Shown one piece after another: positions 1-7,979 of a stretch of 19,674 nucleotides of DNA (the stretch's first letter is position 1; each line of letters opens with the position of its first letter). This DNA comes from a bacterium (GTDB taxonomy: Bacteria > Hydrothermota > 32-111): NCBI GenBank assembly GCA_050239825.1, contig JBFXGO010000040.1:1-19674 (forward strand). The letters run 5' to 3'. The notes beneath the pieces were generated by a model. The model made no database searches. It was not told the DNA's origin and saw nothing but the letters and a program-made list of their open reading frames with translations. A program made the position numbers and the translations under genes.

Positions 1-8
1 TATGAATA

Positions 9-101
9 CTAATCCCTCTTTACACAACTTCCTTGACAAGTCTCACATTTACACTTTTTGCATTTTCCATTAAGCCAACTACAAACTCGACAGCCTATCA
101 T
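9..101 (-). CDS. Putative 30-aa cysteine-rich small protein (metallothionein-like Cys spacing)
   Basis: ATG at 101 to TAG at 11-9 gives MIGCRVCSWLNGKCKKCKCETCQGSCVKRD (7 Cys). A G-rich AGGGGGGG lies immediately upstream but the SD spacing is short. No homology evidence. Confidence 0.3.
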   Translation of the reverse strand: MIGCRVCSWLNGKCKKCKCETCQGSCVKRD

Positions 102-111
102 TCCCCCCCTA

Positions 112-161
112 TTGACTTTATTTAAAAAAGTATATAGAATATAGAAAATAAAAAAAGGAGG
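112..161 (+). promoter_or_regulatory. Sigma70-type promoter and RBS of the lipoprotein gene
   Basis: TTGACT (112-117), 17-bp spacer, TAGAAT (135-140); AGGAGG at 156-161 before ATG 166. Confidence 0.7.
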
Positions 162-165
162 ACAC

Positions 166-1221
166 ATGAAAGTTAGGTATCTTATATCAATTCTTGTCAT
201 CTTGATTTTTTCAGTAATGATGACATCCTGCTTTCTCTTCCCAAAGGTAGAAATAGAGGACACAAAGAGTTTCATCAATGATTTTGAAGAGACAGTCAAT
301 GACCCGACATCAGTCATCGAGGGCGAAAACGGCACACTCGCCATGGGCGCCACACAGGACTTCTTCAGCAAAGGCGGAACATCCAAGGGAGGCATTTCGC
401 TTAATTTCCTTGATTTATCCAACTTCCTCAGACCCACAGTGAAGACGCCTCAGCTTCTTCTTGACACGGCATACGGCACATATACATTTGACACTATAGA
501 GGACCCCTATTACACATACTATGATTTCGTTCTTACAAACCCGAATGACCCTGCAAACGGGTACCTCTTCAAGTGGAACTATACAGACACGACAACTATT
601 CCTTCAGAGGATTACCTCATAGGACTCAGAATTGATTCTCTCCTCTACTATGCAGGAGATGAGTATGAGGAGACACCCACAAGAATGTATATCGCTATGG
701 AAGCAAACGGTTCTCCGTTGATGTTTTTGAACATGCATGCCACATACACAACTCTCTCCGACGAATACGGCGATTGGTTCTCACCCATTACGCTTGAGAC
801 GCACCTTGAAGTGACAGACGAGAGCGCAGTCGAAGTTGACTATGTAGGCCACAATGACGGAGATACAATCGTAATCATTGACTCTCTCAGAGCAAAGATG
901 GAAGACAAAATCAATGACGAATGGGTTGAATACACTGTAAAAATGAATGATGATGAGACGACCGACTTTACAATGGAGAACAATGAGGGCTGGTTTATGG
1001 CAATCAATGCAGAGGATCCCACTGAGATTGACTCTACATATACAAGAGTTGATTTTACGGGAGAGGTCCAGAAGGACGGCACTCATGCCGCAGACCTTCT
1101 CGGCGTTATATGGCAGCCTACCGATTATTACACCCATTTAAGCGTCATGTATGTGACATATCCCGACGGAACAGCTGACACGGTAGATTTGAACACCACA
1201 TTCGTGCCAGAAACAAAGTAA
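166..1221 (+). CDS. Hypothetical acidic lipoprotein (351 aa)
   Basis: Strong RBS; signal peptide MKVRYLISILVILIFSVMMTS-C with lipobox-like Cys22. The mature part is rich in Asp/Glu/Thr/Tyr. No family recognised. Confidence 0.85.
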   Translation: MKVRYLISILVILIFSVMMTSCFLFPKVEIEDTKSFINDFEETVNDPTSVIEGENGTLAMGATQDFFSKGGTSKGGISLNFLDLSNFLRPTVKTPQLLLDTAYGTYTFDTIEDPYYTYYDFVLTNPNDPANGYLFKWNYTDTTTIPSEDYLIGLRIDSLLYYAGDEYEETPTRMYIAMEANGSPLMFLNMHATYTTLSDEYGDWFSPITLETHLEVTDESAVEVDYVGHNDGDTIVIIDSLRAKMEDKINDEWVEYTVKMNDDETTDFTMENNEGWFMAINAEDPTEIDSTYTRVDFTGEVQKDGTHAADLLGVIWQPTDYYTHLSVMYVTYPDGTADTVDLNTTFVPETK

Positions 1222-1236
1222 AGGAAAAAATACCTG

Positions 1237-1263
1237 AGGGGGAGTAAAAACTCCCCCTTTTTT
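1237..1263 (+). terminator. Rho-independent terminator
   Basis: Perfect 9-bp stem AGGGGGAGT (1237-1245) / ACTCCCCCT (1250-1258), AAAA loop, then a T-run to 1263; 15 nt after the lipoprotein stop. Confidence 0.8.
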
Positions 1264-4200
1264 ATGACAAGAAACCTTATACCGACATTCATTTTAGAGA
1301 ATCTGAAAAACTCCAACAAAAGCGGAAGTTTTTTCGGATATGTGATAAGCGGAGACATAGTCAATTTCACCCCGGCAGTTGAAAATCTGATGAAAGAGGG
1401 CAAGGGCGGAGCCGAATACATGGGCAGGATGCTCAATTCAACATTCGGAAAAGTGACGGACATTGTCTATTCCCAAAAAGGATTTATAACCAATTTTGCG
1501 GGAGATGCTTTCACTGCAATTTTTTTCAATGAAAATTCCGCAGACGATGTTTTAAAAATAGCACAGACTCTCATAAATGTCTTTTCTGATTATAAAGACA
1601 GCAAGAAGATAAAACTCCACATCAGACTTGGAATTTCAAGCGGAGTTATAGATTGGGGAATTGTGGGAAGAGAAAATGAAAAATCTGGATACTATTTTAA
1701 GGGCGAAGGAATAAATTCAGCAGTCAGAATACAGCAGAATGGCGAATGCGACACAATTCAGTTTGACAAAAGGTTTAGGTCGCAGTTGTCCAAAGATGTA
1801 AAAGTAAAAGAAAGCAATTCATTTTTTTATATAGACCCGATAAAAACAGATAAATTCATCTGTGAAAAGATACACAGAACAAGGAATGAAAACAACAGGT
1901 TCTTTCCTGAAATTTTGAGCGGACTTGCTTCTGACGGAGAATTCAGGCAGGTTATTCCCATCTTTGTAAGATTCCCTTTTGACACAGGCAAAACAGACAT
2001 TGAAAAAATAGCGGAAAATCTCATAGAGAATGCAAGAAAGTTTGAAGCATATCTGAACAAAATTGATTTCGGAGACAAGGGAGGCATAGCCCTTGTGATT
2101 TTCGGAGCTCCCTATGCCCATGAGGATATGATAGACAGAGCAGTTCAATTTTCTCTTGCAGTCAAAGAGGAATTGAAAGAGTATACAATTTCAGTTGGTA
2201 TAGACTACGGAGTCTCCTATGCAGGATTCATAGGCAGTTCATTCTGGCATGAATATACTGTTATCGGAGACATTGTCAACACTTCTGCGCGGCTGGCGAC
2301 CCTGACAGATGACAGAATTTCCGTATCGTCGAGGATAAAGGAGGAGAGCAGGGATTTCGCCTTCAAGAAGGTTGACTCAATAAAACTCAAGGGAAAGACC
2401 GAGAGCGTTGATGTTTTTTCTGTTTCAAAATCCAAGGAGAGATTCAAGGGCGATTTCATATCCCCGTTTGTCGGCAGGGAGAAGGAGACATCCGATATCT
2501 CAAAATTCATAGCAAAGTGCATGAAGAATTCTTCTCACTGCATGATAAATATAATCGGAGAGAGCGGCACAGGAAAGACAAGGCTTGCCTTTGAATCCGT
2601 CAATATGCTGAATATGAAATACTTTTACTCCAATTCCGACCCAATCATCAAAGAATCAATGTTTCCCTTCAAGGTCTTTCTGTCCTCTATGATGCTTTTC
2701 AACCTGTTTGATACCGATTCCGTAAAGAGGGAGATGATAGAAAAATTCTGCGAAAAGAACTTCACTGAAAACTGCGCAAGATTTTCAGCATTTTTAAAAT
2801 ATTTTTTCATTCAGGAGGAAGACTCATCCCTTAAAAACCTTTCCGGAAAAGAGAAGCTTGAGGGAATATTCTTTGTTATAAAGGAAGTGCTCATAATAAA
2901 TGGCAGACAAAAGCGCATAACATACATATTTGATGATGCCATGTGGCTGGATGACGAAAGCGCAGAGTTCATAAAATTTTTAATAAGGGAAAAAGAGCTC
3001 TCATCCTCCATATTCATGTTCCTTTTCAGAGAGGAAAGCCGAGCGACAAAAAAACTTGAATCCGCAGAAGCCGAGAAATTCACAGTCAAGCTCGTTAATT
3101 TTCAGGAGAACGGAGCGAAAGATTTCGTCGAACAGTTTTTCGGAAAATCCGTCTCAACCCCTCTGGTATCCCTCCTTTGGAAGAAGAGCGAGGGGAATCC
3201 GCTCTTTCTTGAACAGCTCTCGCTTCACCTTGTCGACAACAACATGATAACATCGGACGGAGAATTCCTGATTTTGAAGAGCGATGATTACGAGATTCCT
3301 TCAAACATCGACAGACTGATTGTCTCGCGTTTAGATTCGCTTTCCGCCATAACGCGCGACGGGATACAAAAAGCATCAGTCATAGGAAAAGAATTTGAAG
3401 TGGTGCTTCTGAAAAATCTTCTCAACAGCAAGAAGCTTCAAATAGTGCTTAACGAAGGAGAGAAAAACAAGATAATATCGCTTCTCTCAAATCAAACCGC
3501 ATTTTTCAGGCATATACTTTTGCATGAAATTGCGTACAAAATGCAGTTTGAAAACACTCTGGTAAGGCTTCACGGAAGAATCGCACAACTTTATGAAAAG
3601 CTCTTCGCAGAAAACCTCCTTCCTTACTATGAAACACTCTACCACCATTACAGGAAGAGCAAAAATAAGAAGAAAACACTCTATTACCTGAAGAAGACAA
3701 TTGAAAAAGACATAAAGGGATACTCAAATGAGAATGCCCTCTCTCTGATGGATGAACTTCTTGAACTAAATATATCGCAGTCAGACAGAAAGGAGTACTC
3801 TCTCAAAAAGGGAGAGATACTGAGACACATAGGCAGATATGAACAGGCGCTCAAACTCTACAAGAGCATGCTGAAAGAGCGCGGCAACAGAAAATATGAG
3901 GGAGAGATAAGAAAGGGAACCGGAGAGGCATTGTGGGCTATGGGCAAATATGAGGATGCCTTAAAGGAGTATGATAAAGCCCTCCTTCTGCATTCAAAGA
4001 CAAAAAATGAAAGGGGAACAGCGGAGATACTTGAGAAGAAAGGAATGGTATTCTACAACAGGGGCGACTACAAGCAGGCAACCTCCGAGTTTAAGAGTGC
4101 CCTTCACTACTCTAAAAAGAATAAGAAGATGACAAGCTCAATTCTCTCCAATCTCGGCCTCGTTTTATACAGACAGGGAGAGTATGACAAGGCAATGACA

Positions 4201-4911
4201 TTTTATACGAGGTCACTCAAAAATGCCCGGTCAACGGAGAATCTTAATGACCAGGCGCTCTTTCTTTTGAGAATCGGTCTTATTCATTTTGAAAAACAGG
4301 ATTACAAAAAGGCTTTGGAATGCTATTTCAAATCTTTGGAAATAAACAGCAGAATCGGAAACAGGAGAAATGAAGGTGTGACTCTGGGAAACATAGGCAC
4401 TGTCTACAATGACATGGGAGAAGGCGAAAAGGCGCTTGAATACCTGCATAGAGCCATTAAAATAGATAGAGAGATAAACAATCTGGACAATGAATCCATA
4501 GTGCTCGGGAATCTCGCCAACATTTATGCTGTCAGGGGAGATTATATGATGTCTCTGACCTATTATATGGAGGCCCTTGAGGTTGATAAAAAAATCGGCA
4601 GTAAGTGGTCTGAAGCCATAGACCTCGGCAACATAGGACAAATGTATAAACTGCAGAAAAATTACGCAATGAGCGACAAACACTTCAAACTCTGCATAGG
4701 AATAATCAGGGAGATGAATGCCAGATATCCTCTTTCGCACTTTCTTCTGCAGAGGGCGCAACTTCAGCATGACATGAAGAATTTTTCCCTATCAATGAAA
4801 CTTGCCGATGAGGCGCTTGAGATAGCAAAGGAATTAAAGAAAGAGAAGATGATAAAGAACGCAGAAGACCTTATAAAGGTTCTGAAAAAGAAGATCGGAA
4901 AAAACAAATAA
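1264..4911 (+). CDS. Tandem class III adenylate/guanylate cyclase + STAND (AAA_16-like) ATPase + TPR protein (ADCY10/sAC-like)
   Basis: Cyclase 1: SGDIVNFT, FAGDA, IRLGISSG. Cyclase 2: NKIDFGDKG, FGAP, HEYTVIGDIVNTSARL, KLKGK. ATPase: FVGREKE, Walker A GESGTGKT (from 2557), Walker B-like YIFDDAMWLD, SEGNPLF. Many C-terminal TPR-like repeats (LSNLGLV, LGNIGTV, LGNLANI, LGNIGQM). Confidence 0.92.
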   Translation: MTRNLIPTFILENLKNSNKSGSFFGYVISGDIVNFTPAVENLMKEGKGGAEYMGRMLNSTFGKVTDIVYSQKGFITNFAGDAFTAIFFNENSADDVLKIAQTLINVFSDYKDSKKIKLHIRLGISSGVIDWGIVGRENEKSGYYFKGEGINSAVRIQQNGECDTIQFDKRFRSQLSKDVKVKESNSFFYIDPIKTDKFICEKIHRTRNENNRFFPEILSGLASDGEFRQVIPIFVRFPFDTGKTDIEKIAENLIENARKFEAYLNKIDFGDKGGIALVIFGAPYAHEDMIDRAVQFSLAVKEELKEYTISVGIDYGVSYAGFIGSSFWHEYTVIGDIVNTSARLATLTDDRISVSSRIKEESRDFAFKKVDSIKLKGKTESVDVFSVSKSKERFKGDFISPFVGREKETSDISKFIAKCMKNSSHCMINIIGESGTGKTRLAFESVNMLNMKYFYSNSDPIIKESMFPFKVFLSSMMLFNLFDTDSVKREMIEKFCEKNFTENCARFSAFLKYFFIQEEDSSLKNLSGKEKLEGIFFVIKEVLIINGRQKRITYIFDDAMWLDDESAEFIKFLIREKELSSSIFMFLFREESRATKKLESAEAEKFTVKLVNFQENGAKDFVEQFFGKSVSTPLVSLLWKKSEGNPLFLEQLSLHLVDNNMITSDGEFLILKSDDYEIPSNIDRLIVSRLDSLSAITRDGIQKASVIGKEFEVVLLKNLLNSKKLQIVLNEGEKNKIISLLSNQTAFFRHILLHEIAYKMQFENTLVRLHGRIAQLYEKLFAENLLPYYETLYHHYRKSKNKKKTLYYLKKTIEKDIKGYSNENALSLMDELLELNISQSDRKEYSLKKGEILRHIGRYEQALKLYKSMLKERGNRKYEGEIRKGTGEALWAMGKYEDALKEYDKALLLHSKTKNERGTAEILEKKGMVFYNRGDYKQATSEFKSALHYSKKNKKMTSSILSNLGLVLYRQGEYDKAMTFYTRSLKNARSTENLNDQALFLLRIGLIHFEKQDYKKALECYFKSLEINSRIGNRRNEGVTLGNIGTVYNDMGEGEKALEYLHRAIKIDREINNLDNESIVLGNLANIYAVRGDYMMSLTYYMEALEVDKKIGSKWSEAIDLGNIGQMYKLQKNYAMSDKHFKLCIGIIREMNARYPLSHFLLQRAQLQHDMKNFSLSMKLADEALEIAKELKKEKMIKNAEDLIKVLKKKIGKNK

Positions 4912-4924
4912 ATCAGGAAGTCAT

Positions 4925-5644
4925 TTGCGAGATTACATTGACCATTACATAAAAGACAATGAGATGATGGATTACTCAAAAGAATCGTCTTTTTTTGCGG
5001 ATATTGACAATTACAGGTTCCGTCTGATAAAAAAGTATGTGGGAAAAAACAAGGGAAGGATTCTTGACATTGGTAGCGGAAGCGGAAAACTCAATGTTTC
5101 ACACAGTTCAAAAATGTTCTCTCTTGATATTTCTCAAATGCACAATTTTTCATCATCTCTGAAGACAGAGGGAGATGCGAATAAAATTCCATTCAAAGAT
5201 AAATCATTCGACCTGATAGTTTTATCTGAAGTTCTGGAACACATTGATGATATCAAAAGCGCAGTTGATGAAACTGCAAGAGTTCTTAAAGACGGAGGAA
5301 CGGTGATAGCGACTGTTCCATATATGGAAAAGATTAAGACCCACCTCTGCATTCACTGCAACAAACCTACTCCGGAAAATGCGCACTTGCATTCTTTTGA
5401 TGAAAAAACTTTGACAGACCTCTTTGCAAAAGCCGGTCTGCATGTCATAAAAATAAAATTGTTTGAAAACAGAATTCTTTTTATGCTTCATTTTTTCTCA
5501 AAATTTAGCAAGTTTCCTATTGATTTTATTGATTATATTGATATTATTGTTGGTACTTGGTGCAGTAAATATAATAAAATTATGTTAGTCGCAGAGAAAA
5601 GGGCCAGTGGCTCAGTTGGGAGAGCGCATCCTTCGCAAGGATGA
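4925..5644 (+). CDS. Class I SAM-dependent methyltransferase (Methyltransf_11-like)
   Basis: TTG start after AGGA (4915-4918); ILDIGSGSG motif I, GDANKIPF, FDLIVLSEVLEH, RVLKDGG. The 3' end overlaps the tRNA by 44 nt. Confidence 0.88.
   Translation: MRDYIDHYIKDNEMMDYSKESSFFADIDNYRFRLIKKYVGKNKGRILDIGSGSGKLNVSHSSKMFSLDISQMHNFSSSLKTEGDANKIPFKDKSFDLIVLSEVLEHIDDIKSAVDETARVLKDGGTVIATVPYMEKIKTHLCIHCNKPTPENAHLHSFDEKTLTDLFAKAGLHVIKIKLFENRILFMLHFFSKFSKFPIDFIDYIDIIVGTWCSKYNKIMLVAEKRASGSVGRAHPSQG
5547..5575 (+). promoter_or_regulatory. Candidate sigma70 promoter for the tRNA-Ala/pfk transcript, inside the methyltransferase gene
   Basis: TTGTTG (5547-5552), 17-bp spacer, TATAAT (5570-5575), 25 nt upstream of the tRNA 5' end. 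Confidence 0.55.
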
Positions 5645-5673
5645 GGTCGGCGGTTCGATTCCGCTCTGGTCCA
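5601..5673 (+). tRNA. tRNA-Ala (anticodon CGC); CCA not encoded
   Basis: Cloverleaf: acceptor GGGCCAG/CTGGTCC with the G3:U70 Ala identity pair, discriminator A; D arm GCTC-AGTTGGGA-GAGC; anticodon arm CATCC-TTCGCAA-GGATG; T arm GGCGG-TTCGATT-CCGCT. Confidence 0.97.
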
Positions 5674-5691
5674 TTTTATTCAAGGAGAATT

Positions 5692-6780
5692 ATGATAAGA
5701 CGCATCGGGATTCTGACAGGCGGTGGCGACTGCCCCGGTCTCAATGCTGTAATTAGAGCATCAGTAAGGTCGGCTATTTTGCATTACGGGTGGGAAGTGT
5801 TCGGAATAGTTGACGGTTTTGACGGACTTATAAACCCCGAAAAGATGTTTAAAATGGACATATCCTCTGTGAGGGGAATCCTTCCCAGAGGGGGGACCAT
5901 ACTCGGCACTTCCAACAGGGGCAATCCTTTTAAATTCCCTGTAAAAACAGGCAATGAGACAGTCACAAAAGACCTATCGGGAGAGATTCTTAAAAATATT
6001 CTTGAAAAACAGATTGACGGACTTATAGTCATAGGCGGCGACGGCACTCTCAACATTGCTCATCAGCTTTTTAAGAGAGGAGCCAACATAGTCGGAGTTC
6101 CGAAGACCATAGACAATGACCTTTCAATGACTGATTATACATTCGGATTCTTCACTGCCGTAAACACCGCCTCTGAGGCAATAGACAAACTTCATACGAC
6201 TGCCGAGTCCCATCACAGAATTATGATTGTTGAGGTTATGGGGAGGGACGCCGGATGGATAGCATTAAATTCCGGCATAGCAGGAGGAGCAGACATAATA
6301 CTGATTCCCGAAATACCGTTTGATCTTGAAAAGATAGTGAAAAAAATAAATCTGCGAAAAGAGAGGCAGTCTCATTTTTCCATTTTGGTTGTGGCGGAGG
6401 GAGCATTTGAAAAGGATAAGAACAGGCAGTATATTGAGAATGCAAAAAACGATGGAACTCTTCCCAGATACGGAGGTATCGGAAATTATATTGCGTCAAA
6501 ACTCTCGGATATGACCGATATGGAGGTGAGAACAACAGTTCTGGGACATGTGCAGAGGGGAGGCTCCCCCACTCCTTTCGACAGGATACTTGCATCCCGC
6601 TTCGGAGTCGAGGCGTGCGACCTGATAGCCCAGATGAAATTCGGATATATGGTTTCCCTTCAGGGCAAAGAGATAACTTCGGTTCCAATTGAAAAGGCGA
6701 TAAACAATCAGAAACTCGTAGACCCTTACGGACAGCTTGTTGAAACAGCCCGTCGGCTACAGATAGAGATGGGAGACTGA
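5692..6780 (+). CDS. pfkA: 6-phosphofructokinase (PfkA family, group III / mixed-substrate-type signature)
   Basis: The start is best placed at ATG 5692 after AAGGAG; the ORF-track start at 5641 lies inside the tRNA. Motifs: GILTGGGDCPGLNAVIR, RGGTILGTS, IGGDGT, PKTIDND, VEVMGRDAGW, LGHVQRGG. Confidence 0.95.
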   Translation: MIRRIGILTGGGDCPGLNAVIRASVRSAILHYGWEVFGIVDGFDGLINPEKMFKMDISSVRGILPRGGTILGTSNRGNPFKFPVKTGNETVTKDLSGEILKNILEKQIDGLIVIGGDGTLNIAHQLFKRGANIVGVPKTIDNDLSMTDYTFGFFTAVNTASEAIDKLHTTAESHHRIMIVEVMGRDAGWIALNSGIAGGADIILIPEIPFDLEKIVKKINLRKERQSHFSILVVAEGAFEKDKNRQYIENAKNDGTLPRYGGIGNYIASKLSDMTDMEVRTTVLGHVQRGGSPTPFDRILASRFGVEACDLIAQMKFGYMVSLQGKEITSVPIEKAINNQKLVDPYGQLVETARRLQIEMGD

Positions 6781-7967
6781 TGCGGATACTTCTCATAACC
6801 CCTTTTCCGCTGGTGGCATCCCAGAGCGGCATTTACACAAGAGACATAGCGAGATTTTTCTCATCCGCCGGTAATGAAGTTATGGTTGTTAATTTTGACA
6901 ACAAAGAGACTCTGTACACGGAGCCTTTCAGGATACACACGATTCTTTTCGGAAAAGAAGACAGCAAGGTAATGTTCCCCTGTTTTACAACCCACCCCCA
7001 CACGGATTTTACTTTTTCAAAGATTACCAATTCCCAGCTCAACAATTACATACTGTTTGCAAGGGAAAAAATCAAGAATATCATACATGAGTTTGGTCCG
7101 GACATTATACACTCCCAATACCTCTGGGTTTCAACAGAGCTGGCAAGCGAAGCATCAGGCAAGATTCCTCTTATCTGCACCAGCTTCGGAAACGAGAACG
7201 CCGCAATGGCTGAGGATCCAAGATATGCGGATTATGTCAAATATGCGGTTGAAAAATCCCGTTTCATCATAGCTCCTTCAAAGCAGATAGAGCTTCAGCT
7301 GAGAGGAGCTTTCAAGCTTGATGCAATCAAGCTTAAACTCATATATAGAGGATATGATGATGACATTTATAAATTCATTGACGATAATTTTGAAATTTAC
7401 AGGGAATATTTCGGAATAAACGACAAATGCAAGCATATAGTGCTGTTTTCCGATCCGATAAATTACATGAAAGGAATAGATGTATTTCTCAAATCCGCAG
7501 TAAAGATGATTGAAAAGCGCGATGACATCTGTTTTGTAATCGTGGGTAAGGGAGATTTTTCCAAAGAAATTGAAACTCTCTGCGAAACTTACAAACAGAA
7601 CATCCTCTATCTCCCCTCAATCACCGATGAGGAGAAGCCGTCGCTTCTTCATATTTCCGACATAACGGTCATTCCATCGCGCTTTGAACAGTTCGGGACA
7701 AATGCTCTTCAATCTCTTGCTATGGGCACTCCTGTAATATCATCCAATGTGGGCGAACTCCCGTTTTTCGTCAATAATGAGAATGGAAAAGTTCTTGAAG
7801 ATATCTCCGAAGAGTTTCTCTCAACCGCAATAGAAGAGATTCTTGACAAAAATTTAAAATCAAAAGTCAGGTTTTTCTGCCACCAGTACGCAAGCAGAAA
7901 CTACTCAAAAACATCAGGCTTGATGCTACTGCAGAAACTCTACGATTACGCAGTCAGCGAGAAGTGA
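6780..7967 (+). CDS. Glycosyltransferase family 4 (GT-B fold) protein
   Basis: MRILLITP N-terminus, PDIIHSQY, KGID, IVGKG, PSRFEQFG...LAMGTPVISSNVG; TGATG coupling to pfkA. Confidence 0.88.
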   Translation: MRILLITPFPLVASQSGIYTRDIARFFSSAGNEVMVVNFDNKETLYTEPFRIHTILFGKEDSKVMFPCFTTHPHTDFTFSKITNSQLNNYILFAREKIKNIIHEFGPDIIHSQYLWVSTELASEASGKIPLICTSFGNENAAMAEDPRYADYVKYAVEKSRFIIAPSKQIELQLRGAFKLDAIKLKLIYRGYDDDIYKFIDDNFEIYREYFGINDKCKHIVLFSDPINYMKGIDVFLKSAVKMIEKRDDICFVIVGKGDFSKEIETLCETYKQNILYLPSITDEEKPSLLHISDITVIPSRFEQFGTNALQSLAMGTPVISSNVGELPFFVNNENGKVLEDISEEFLSTAIEEILDKNLKSKVRFFCHQYASRNYSKTSGLMLLQKLYDYAVSEK

Positions 7968-7979
7968 AGGAGGAGTTAT

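Noticed and set aside
33..55. TTGACA at 33-38 and repeated TTTACAC (19-25, 48-54)
   Set aside because: No -10 at a suitable spacing on the plus strand; two short copies are not enough to call an operator without the upstream context.
9..437. 142-aa minus-strand ORF
   Set aside because: Mostly antisense to the lipoprotein gene and its promoter; only the last 30 codons were kept as a candidate.
3820..4860. Recurring sequence similarity in the cyclase 3' region
   Set aside because: Protein-level TPR repeats, not a CRISPR array or DNA repeat.
5601..5673. tRNA as an integration site for a mobile element
   Set aside because: No integrase or transposase, and I saw no duplicated tRNA 3' end in the window; downstream genes are housekeeping.
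5641..5691. ORF-track start of pfkA at 5641 (MRSAVRFRSGPF...)
   Set aside because: It lies inside the tRNA; ATG 5692 has an AAGGAG RBS and matches the usual PFK N-terminus.
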